Positions 1-6,613 of a stretch of 9,049 nt of DNA are shown piece after piece. Position 1 is the first letter of the stretch; each line of letters opens with the position of its first letter. Source of the stretch: Octopus sinensis. Its lineage: Eukaryota. The notes under the pieces were generated by a model. It was given only the letters and a program-made list of their open reading frames with translations, was not told where the DNA came from and did no database searches. The DNA lies in assembly GCF_006345805.1 (NCBI RefSeq), contig NW_021828115.1, positions 1 through 9,049 on the forward strand. The letters are read 5' to 3'. The position numbers and the translations under genes were made by a program.

Positions 1-207
1 TCCTGGTGCTAACGGTAAAATGAAAGAATATAAATGCGATAGGCTTCGATAGAATTCGTTTGGAGTGGTTATTGATTAATTTTCTTATTTTGCTCGACCC
101 CCATGCTTCACAGGGTAGGTTATCGGGTTTCCATGGCTTTGTAATTGAGTGACTGGGGTGTCACATCATCCCCCCTGAATGAATCGATGGTCCGATGCAA
201 GGATTCC

Positions 208-395
208 AGGCCAGCAATTTTGAGAGGAGGGGAAAATTGCTGTACATCGCCCCCAGTACTTGATTGGCGTTTTATTTTATCGATCTCCGAAGAGGTGAAA
301 GGCAAAGTTCACCTCAGCAGGATTTGAACGCAGAAAGTAAACATCCGGAAGAAATGCCGCTAAGTGTTTCGTCCGACCTGCTAATGATTCTGCCA
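208..395 (-). mobile_element. SINE family C, diverged copy
   Basis: Reverse complement reads tggcagaatcattagca...gttcaaatcctgctgaggtgaactttgcctttcacc...gatcgataaaata...actggggg, collinear with 5027-5167. Confidence 0.75.
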
Positions 396-464
396 TCTTT
401 TAAATTATGTTATAATGAAATATGTTTGTTTTAATGACGATATTTCTGGTCTTTTAGGGTAAGC

Positions 465-800
465 GAATGGAGGGGCCTGCGTGTGGTCGCTTGACCATCT
501 ATGAACAGCAGTCAAACGTCATACATCCCGAGTACCGTAAAAGAGGATGAACGAATTATATAATTTACTATCTGCCTGAAAATAATAGATGCATTGGTCA
601 CAGTTGGAAGGTCATCGACCTGCTTGAAAGATGGCATAAACTGGAACAACAACAACGAACACAACAACAGCAACAGCAATGAGTCAAAGAGGGAGCTTGT
701 GCGTAGTCAATGTACCTGCTAGAAAATCGCATCATATCTACCTCAAATTAGGCAAATATCAGCGGGATGGACACGGCTGAAACAGCATCGATCATAATTG
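465..800 (-). repeat. Old interspersed repeat family F, probably two decayed tandem fragments with an (AAC)n tract
   Basis: acctgctagaaa (714-725) is the exact reverse complement of 7316-7327. The reverse complement of ~765-797 resembles tgatcaaatgtattccatccatgaccatcgcg (~6985-7016). (AAC)n at ~645-680 mirrors the (GTT)n upstream of 6945. Boundaries are approximate. Confidence 0.45.
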
Positions 801-1161
801 GAGATAAATAGAAACAACAGATGCAATTAAATTAAAGTTTTGATGACGCTACTCAGAGGCTATTAATTAGGAAAGCAAATGATGCAAGTTTATAAAAAGT
901 ACCCAGGGTTGGGAGACAGGAATTTTAATAAGCAATTGTTTGGCAAGAATATGGCAAGAAATAAACAAGTCACGTTAATCTGCCGGTCTGGGGGGAAAGA
1001 ACTAACGTTCTGGACTTTAATTAGATTTATTTCTTAAGAATATCTGAGAGAGGAAGTAGAGAGAAAAAGTGGTATATAATAAATTATGAGTGGAGAAAAT
1101 TTGTAAAATTTAAAACTAAAAAAAAATTAATATTTGAATATGAAAAATTTCTTATTTGAAA

Positions 1162-1365
1162 GGAAGCAAGATTGCAGAATGACGAAGGAGTCGCAGAAAA
1201 TGCTTGGCGGCATTTTTCCCAACTCAATTACGTTCTGAGCTGAAATCGGAACCAAGGCCAATTACGGTTTTCTTCCTTTCAGGGTCGATGAAAAAAAAGT
1301 TAGATTTGAACAGAGCTGAAACACCTTCCTTCGAAATTACTCTCCTTGTGCCAAAATTAGAAAGA
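1162..1365 (+). mobile_element. SINE family C, heavily diverged copy
   Basis: gaaaatgcttggcggcattt / tacgttctgagctgaaat / tcctttcagggtcgat correspond in order to family C blocks. Confidence 0.55.
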
Positions 1366-1422
1366 AAAAGAAAATGTTTTCAAATCACAATGATTTCAAC
1401 ACCAAGATATTTTTGTTTCTAC

Positions 1423-1446
1423 AAAAAAAAAAAAAAAAAAAAAAAA
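1423..1446. repeat. A24 tract
   Basis: Direct reading. Confidence 0.95.
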
Positions 1447-1576
1447 TTAAATAAATAAAAAAATACGAATTGGTAGCGTAGTGCAACAACGTTGTAACCG
1501 AGTCGCAGTTTGCAGCGAAGGAAATCTTTGCCACGAAATTACAAAGAATAAACATTTAAGTTGACGGTGACCTTTG

Positions 1577-1592
1577 TCTGTGTGTTTGTGTG

Positions 1593-1624
<32 letters not shown>
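1577..1624. repeat. (TG)n microsatellite
   Basis: Direct reading. Confidence 0.95.
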
Positions 1625-1628
<4 letters not shown>

Positions 1629-1633
1629 ATATA

Positions 1634-1712
1634 CCAAAGTAAGCACATAAATGTGAAACAAGGTGAGAAAAATACTACTCGAATACCGGAGGTAGCGTAA
1701 TATGTTTTATTA
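1634..1712 (-). mobile_element. Repeat family D, diverged partial copy
   Basis: agtaagcacataaatgtgaaacaaggtgagaaaaatactactcgaataccggaggtagcgtaatatgttttatt aligns to 4342-4418. Confidence 0.6.
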
Positions 1713-1927
1713 TTCTTAAGGTATATATATAAACTCTATATTGAGTGAGAAAACGGTATGGACGATTTTTTGGAGTCCAATAATACCATGTACACCTGTT
1801 TGATTATGAAGATTTACAAACATTCTTTCCCAGTGATACTCGGTTTACCTACCATTATAAATAATACCAAATGTTTTTTCACAAACCTTTCAGATTGTGA
1901 TACAAGTCTTTGGTGCAGCAATTGCAT

Positions 1928-2020
1928 GCGGCTGAATAGGGCTTTTAAACTATCTGTTATGTCGATTATGCATTGATGTAAGAATAAGTGGTTCTATAAA
2001 GCTCGAAACATATGTACCGC
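1928..2020 (+). ncRNA. Type I hammerhead-like motif with extended stem II, G8U core variant (HHR-1)
   Basis: GCGG(1928-31)-CUGAAUA-GGGCUUU(1939-45)...AAAGCUC(1998-2004)-GAA-ACAUAUGU(2008-15, palindrome)-A-CCGC(2017-20). Stem II continues through AACUAU/GUGGUU and UUAUGUCGAU(1957-66)/AUUGAUGUAA(1972-81), both with G.U pairs. Confidence 0.6.
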
Positions 2021-2060
2021 GACATCATTTGTGTCCTGTTTTTCATTTTATTCTTTTGAT

Positions 2061-2094
2061 ACATACATACATAACATACATACATATATATATA

Positions 2095-2139
<45 letters not shown>

Positions 2140-2186
2140 ATATATATATAATATATTTACTTATATATATATATATATATATATAT
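2061..2186. repeat. (TA)n-rich microsatellite
   Basis: Direct reading; it immediately precedes the SINE head at 2189. Confidence 0.95.
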
Positions 2187-2188
2187 CT

Positions 2189-2581
2189 AGGCGCAGGAGT
2201 GGCTGTGTGGTAAGTAGCTTGCTAACCATCCACATGGTTCCGGGTTCATCCCACTGCGTGGCATCTTGGCAAGTGTCTTCTGCTATAGCCCCGGGCCGAC
2301 CAATGCCTTGTGAGTGGATTTGGTAGACGGAAACTGAAAGAAGCCTGTCGTATATATGTTATATATGTATATATGTGTATGTGTGTCTGTTTGTCCCCCT
2401 AGCATTGTTTGACAACCGATGCGGTGTGTTTACGTCCCCGTCACTTAGCGGTTCGGCAAAAGAGACGGATAGAATAAGTACTGGGCTTACAAGAATAAGT
2501 CCCGGGGTCGATTTGCTCGACTAAAGCGGTGCTCCAGCATGCCGCAGTCAATGACTGAAACAAGTAAAAGAGTAAAAAGAG

Positions 2582-2584
<3 letters not shown>
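2189..2584 (+). mobile_element. tRNA-derived composite SINE, family A/B, full-length copy
   Basis: Pol III A-box-like TGGCTGTGTGG (2200-2210) and B-box-like GGTTCATCC (2243-2251), an internal (TA/TG)n linker, a 3' body and an (AAGAGTAA)-type tail. Three other copies in the window. Resembles the Octopus OK/OR1/OR2 tRNA-SINEs from memory; the exact family is not assignable. Confidence 0.85.
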
Positions 2585-2620
<36 letters not shown>

Positions 2621-2734
2621 CCGAGTAAGTCATACTGTGAAATGTGAAAAAAAAAAAAAAAAAAAGAGTACTCAATACCAGAGGTAGAGTAATATGCTTT
2701 ATTTAAAAGCAGCAGAAATATAAACAAAGCTGTT
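2621..2734 (-). mobile_element. Repeat family D, copy forming the left arm of fold-back 1
   Basis: Near-identical to 4384-4449 over its right half, with an A19 tract in its left half. The D/fold-back unit (2621-2800) is flanked by (TA)n on both sides. Confidence 0.65.
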
Positions 2735-2800
2735 CGAAACGTGAAACTCTGAGTAACAGCTTTTGCTATATTTCTGCTGCTTTTAAATAAAGTACATATT
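2691..2800. repeat. Fold-back inverted repeat 1
   Basis: ctttatttaaaagcagcagaaatata (2697-2722) is the exact reverse complement of 2767-2792 (26 bp). Further pairings are aaagctgtt(2726-34)/aacagcttt(2755-63) and aatatg(2691-96)/catatt(2795-2800). Confidence 0.95.
2735..2759 (+). ncRNA. Truncated 3' part of an HHR-4-type motif in the loop of a fold-back
   Basis: cgaaACGU-GAA-ACUCUGAGU-A-ACAG matches the reverse complement of 4445-4474 except for a 5-nt deletion in stem II. The 5' part of the core is missing. Confidence 0.5.
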
Positions 2801-2807
2801 ATATATA

Positions 2808-2842
<35 letters not shown>

Positions 2843-2938
2843 CGGGAAGCTTTATGAAAATAAACAAAAGACGAAGGCAGGTGGAAAACAAACGAACAAT
2901 TGTATTAGTATGCGCTCAGGAAATATAAATAAAACAAG

Positions 2939-2976
2939 TCTTTAACGTTTCGAGCCTACGCTCTTCAACAGAAAGA
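2939..2976 (-). ncRNA. Minimal type I hammerhead-like motif, A6U core variant (HHR-2a)
   Basis: Minus strand reads UCUUU-CUGUUGA-A-GAG cguagg CUC-GAA-ACGU-U-AAAGA. Stem I is 5 bp, stem II is 3 bp, stem III is the palindrome ACGU, and the triplet is GUU. The core differs from CUGANGA at one position. Confidence 0.65.
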
Positions 2977-3403
2977 TACACAGAGAGAGAAAAACCAGAA
3001 GAAGGAGAGAAAAAAATGCGTGCAGTAGAAAAAAAGTGGTAATATAAGAGGAAATAAAATACAACAAACGGGACAGTTTATGCGAACAAGTTCAAGGTTG
3101 AAAGTTCAAGGTGAGAATTTGTAGACGTCGTGGTATATTTTTAAGGATTTCACATCAATGCAAAGTCACTTTGATCCGCGAAAGAGAGGTGCAGCCAATG
3201 GTAAGTATCCAAGAGGTAAAGAAAATCCAAGGTAGAGGTAAGTGTTGATAGTGGTATTGGTAGAATATAGGATGAAAGTGAGACCACGTGAGCGCATAAT
3301 ATATAACGGGAAGCTTTATGAAAATAAACAAAAGACGAAGGCAGGTGGAAAACAAACGAACAATTGTATTAGTATGGCGCTCAGGAAATATAAATAAAAC
3401 AAG

Positions 3404-3441
3404 TCTTTAACGTTTCGAGCCTACGCTCTTCAACAGAAAGA
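3404..3441 (-). ncRNA. Minimal type I hammerhead-like motif, identical copy (HHR-2b)
   Basis: Identical to 2939-2976 and located 465 nt away in the second copy of the direct repeat. Confidence 0.65.
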
Positions 3442-3599
3442 TACACAGAGAGAGAAAAACACAGAAAGAAGGAGAGAAAAAAATGCGTGCAGTAGAAAAA
3501 AAGTGGTAATATAAGAGGAAATAAAAATACAACAAACGGGACAGTTTATGCGAACAAGTTCAAGGTTGAAAGTTCAAGGTGAGAAATGTATACAGTATA

Positions 3600-3798
3600 A
3601 ACAGAATGAGATAAAAAGAAATCCAAGGCTGTGAATAGTTTTCAGAACATTTATAAAGAGAAGGTCTTACAGCTGTTTCCGGGATATTTTATATATCGCA
3701 TCATCAGAGACACTGCGAGAAAATGTTACCCGTAAGACCTTCTCTATAAATGCTCTGCAAACTATTCACACCCTTGAATCTTTTTATCTCATTCTGTT
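3600..3798. repeat. Fold-back inverted repeat 2 enclosing HHR-3
   Basis: Arm 3600-3670 aligns to the reverse complement of 3732-3798 at about 63 of 71 columns by manual alignment, with an exact 19-nt outer block aacagaatgagataaaaag. Confidence 0.9.
3664..3711 (-). ncRNA. Type I minimal hammerhead ribozyme, canonical core (HHR-3)
   Basis: Minus strand reads GUCU-CUGAUGA-[UGCGAUAU auaaa AUAUCCCG]-GAA-ACAGCUGU-A-AGAC. Stem I is GUCU/AGAC (4 bp). Stem II has 8 positions with one U.G and one C-C mismatch. Stem III is the perfect palindrome ACAGCUGU, and the triplet is GUA. Predicted cleavage is between 3668 and 3667. Confidence 0.85.
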
Positions 3799-3953
3799 AA
3801 TTTTTATATATACGCATGCTAATAATACACGATCCACCTTGGACTCCTCATTCGTATCATTACCGAACCTGGAGCTTAACTAGAGTTGTCCATAGCACTT
3901 ACTCAGCGTTACCTGACACCTTTGAGTCTTCTTGACACCAATACCTCTCATAC

Positions 3954-3955
3954 AC

Positions 3956-3996
<41 letters not shown>

Positions 3997-4036
3997 ATTT
4001 ATGTATGCATGTGTGTGCGTGTATATATATATGCAA

Positions 4037-4069
<33 letters not shown>

Positions 4070-4097
4070 TGTACATCGGACGTGTGTGTGTATGTAT
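3954..4097. repeat. Compound (TA)n/(TG)n microsatellite
   Basis: Direct reading. Confidence 0.95.
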
Positions 4098-4337
4098 GTT
4101 TTGCATCTCTCTCAAGATGTACATATGTTTGAATTTACAAAGAAATACCAAATTAGTTGTTTTTGTCGCAAATTAGTTGACTTGATATAAAAGCTGTTTA
4201 TAAAATTAAAATGATTAACTTGCAGCAAATTATAGAATAAGATGCAATATGAAGAGTTTGACAATGGTTAAAACGAAATTGAATGAACACATAGATTCTT
4301 AGGAATCTATCTATCTCACTATCTATCCATCTATTCA

Positions 4338-4482
4338 CCGGAGTAAGCACATAAATGGGAAACAAGGTGGGAAGAAAAAGGGTACTCAAATACCAGAGGT
4401 AGAGTAATATGCTTTATTTAAAAGCAGCAGAAATATAACAAAAACTGTTACTCAGAGTTTCACGTTCCCGTTCGCCGGACCA
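4338..4482 (-). mobile_element. Repeat family D, copy carrying HHR-4 (PLE-terminal-like)
   Basis: Shares gagtaagcacataaatg..gaaacaaggtg and tactc.aatacc.gaggtag.gtaatatg with 1634-1712. Shares aataccagaggtagagtaatatgctttatttaaaagcagcagaaatata with 2674-2722. Orientation is inferred from the HHR. Confidence 0.65.
4445..4482 (-). ncRNA. Degenerate type I hammerhead-like motif (HHR-4)
   Basis: Minus strand reads UGGU-CCGGCGA-ACG GGAA CGU-GAA-ACUC U GAGU-A-ACAG. Stem II is closed by a GNRA loop, stem III is near-palindromic, and the triplet is GUA. The core has two deviations (U4C, A6G) and stem I pairs only partly. Confidence 0.5.
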
Positions 4483-4499
4483 TCTATTCAGAAATATAT

Positions 4500-4994
4500 T
4501 TTTTTCTTATTCTTTTATTCTTTTACTTGTTTCAGTCATCTGACTACGGCGATGCTGGAGCACCGGCTTTACTCGAACAAACCGATCCCAGGACTTTGTA
4601 AGCCTAATACGTACTCTATCGGATCACTTTTGCCGAACCGCTAAGTTACGGGAACGAAAACAAACCAGCATCGGTTGTCAAGCGATGGTGGGAGGACAAA
4701 CACAGGCACACAAATATATATATATATATATATTTGTATATATACTCTCTAAATATGTATGTGTGTGTCTGTGTTTGTCTCCCCCCCTATATGTATATAT
4801 ATATATATATAATATATATATATATTTATGCCACGGGCTTCTTTCAGTTTCCATATACCAGATCCACTCACAAGGCTTTGGTTGGCCCGAGGCTGTATTA
4901 GAAGATACTTGTCCAAGGTGCCACGTAGTGGGACTGAACCCGGAACCATGTGCTTAGGAAGCAAGATTCATACCACACAGCCACACCTGCGCCT
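4500..4994 (-). mobile_element. tRNA-derived composite SINE, family A/B
   Basis: Reverse complement of 2189-2584. Head at 4833-4994, body at ~4520-4712, expanded microsatellite linker between them. Confidence 0.85.
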
Positions 4995-5016
4995 ATATAT
5001 GCACATATATATAAAA

Positions 5017-5244
5017 GGCGGCGAGCTGGCAGAAACGTTAGCACGCTGGGCGAAATGCGTAGCTGTATTTCGTCTGTCGTCACGTTCCGATTTCAAATTC
5101 CGCCGAGGTCGACTTTGCCTTTCATCCTTTCGGGGTCGATAAATTAAGTACCAGTTACACACTGGGGTCGATATAATCGACTTAATCCGTTTGTCTGTCC
5201 TTGTTTGTACTCTCTGTGTTTAGCCCCTTGTGGGTAGTAAAGAA

Positions 5245-5246
<2 letters not shown>
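5017..5246 (+). mobile_element. tRNA-derived SINE, family C
   Basis: A-box-like TGGCAGAAACG and B-box-like TTTCAAATTCC, followed by gaggtcgactttgcctttcatcctttcggggtcgataaa. Three diverged relatives in the window. Confidence 0.8.

Positions 5247-5320
<74 letters not shown>
5245..5320. repeat. (TA)n followed by (TG)n microsatellite
   Basis: Direct reading. Confidence 0.95.
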
Positions 5321-5324
<4 letters not shown>

Positions 5325-5328
5325 ATAG

Positions 5329-5470
5329 AGGTAGCGAGTGTACGAAGTAGTTACACGCATCTGTCTGGCGGTATTTAGCTACGAGTCTATTTTCTTGCAC
5401 GTTGAAACCCTACCAAGGTCAACTTAGCCGTTCCTTCCGAAAGTAAAACATTCATCAAGTCTTGAGGTCG
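5329..5470 (+). mobile_element. SINE family C, heavily diverged copy
   Basis: ggtagcgag / ggcggtattt / gttgaaaccctaccaaggtcaacttagccgttcc correspond in order to family C blocks. Confidence 0.45.
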
Positions 5471-5685
5471 TCGTATTCCTCTTTAATGTCGAAGAGAATA
5501 TGAACGGAACCGACACGAGGCAAAGACATGGTGTGAATGCGCGTGCGCGTACATGTTTGTATCTGCATATGTGCGCGTATGTGTATGCTTGTCGGTTTGT
5601 GTGTGTGTGTGTGTGCCTATGTGTTTGCAGTGGGAGGAGCAGAATGACTTTTATGTTTTCCATTTCGAAATTTTGATTGAGGTGT

Positions 5686-5905
5686 TGTCCAATCACAACC
5701 TTGAAACACAGTCACGTGAGAGATGTGGTTAGCGCAAACGCTGATCTTTCAACCAATCAAGTCGCACTATCAGAACTCTCCTTCCCACTTTCTCTGCGTC
5801 TATTATTTTGTCTTTCAAATTTAGCAATTCAGGCCACGCCCATATATTTAAAGCGTGCTGTCACAGCATTTAATAAGTGTGTGTGTGCTTATGAGTGACC
5901 ACGTG
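5686..5905 (+). promoter_or_regulatory. Possible Pol II promoter/enhancer motif cluster
   Basis: CCAAT at 5689-93 and 5753-57, CACGTG at 5713-18 and 5900-05, CCACGCCC at 5834-41, and TATATTAAA at 5843-51. Motif presence only; no transcript evidence. Confidence 0.25.
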
Positions 5906-5932
5906 TGCGTGTGTGTATGTGTATACATACAA

Positions 5933-5966
<34 letters not shown>

Positions 5967-5971
5967 CTCAC

Positions 5972-6100
5972 CTTTTTTTTCTTGTTTCAGTCACTTTTTA
6001 AGACTAATACTTATTCTATCGGTCGTTTTGGCTGAACCGCTAATTTACAGAGACATAAACACACCAACATCGGTTGCCAAGTGGTGATGGGTGACACACA
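5972..6100 (-). mobile_element. SINE family A/B, body-only fragment with internal deletion
   Basis: cttgtttcagtca / tacttattctatcggtc / gaaccgctaa / acaccaacatcggttg match the body of the other copies. Confidence 0.7.
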
Positions 6101-6170
6101 CACACACAACACATACATATACACACCTGTGTGTGTGTGTGTATTTATTTATATACATAAACATATACAC

Positions 6171-6574
6171 TTTTCTCTTTTCTTCTTTTACTTGTTTCAT
6201 TCATTTGACTGCGGCCATGCTGGAGCACCGCCTTTAGTCGAGCAAATCAAACCCAGAACTTATTTGCAAGCCTAGTATTTATTCTATCGGTCTCTTTTTA
6301 CGGGGACGTAAACACATCAGCATCGGTTGTCAAGCGATGTTGGGGGGGGGGGACACACACAGGCACACAAACATACACACACATATACATATATACATAT
6401 ATATCTATATACTACGGGCTTCTTTCAGTTTCCGTCTACCAAATCCACTCACAAGGCTTTGGTTGGCCTAAGGCTATAGTAGAAGACACTTGCCCAAGGT
6501 GCCACGCAGTGGGACTGAACCCGGAACCATGCGGTTGGTAAGCAAGCAACTTACCACACACCACTCCTGCGCCT
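6171..6574 (-). mobile_element. tRNA-derived composite SINE, family A/B
   Basis: Head at 6414-6574 and body at ~6185-6375, reverse complementary to 2189-2584, with a short deletion in the body. Confidence 0.85.
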
Positions 6575-6579
6575 ATATA

Positions 6580-6611
<32 letters not shown>

Positions 6612-6613
6612 AG

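Larger units (their letters stand above)
2835..3585 (-). mobile_element. Direct-repeat, HHR-bearing non-coding element (non-autonomous PLE/retrozyme-like)
   Basis: 2835-3117 (283 nt) recurs at 3299-3585 (287 nt) around a 181-nt spacer. The copies differ by 4 single-base indels and no substitutions, and each carries one HHR-2 motif. No RT or GIY-YIG ORF is visible. Confidence 0.6.

Noticed and set aside
1758-1976. 72-aa ORF upstream of and overlapping HHR-1, considered as a PLE GIY-YIG/RT remnant
   Set aside because: No GIY-YIG or RT motif in this ORF or in the minus-strand frames I read.
2200-2255. A-box/B-box pair considered as a real tRNA gene
   Set aside because: No complete cloverleaf or oligo-T terminator, and it is fused to a multi-copy SINE body.
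2835-3585. Direct repeats considered as LTR retrotransposon/TRIM LTRs or a CRISPR array
   Set aside because: No TG...CA termini, primer-binding site or target-site duplication seen. Repeat length and eukaryotic context exclude CRISPR.
4119-4132. gtacatatgtttga resembles the reverse complement of the HHR-1 3' half
   Set aside because: No CUGANGA core or matching stem I/II nearby; likely chance in TA/CA-rich sequence.
4291-4310. 8-bp hairpin ATAGATTC-ttag-GAATCTAT
   Set aside because: Short, AT-rich and adjacent to (ATCT)n; no functional context.
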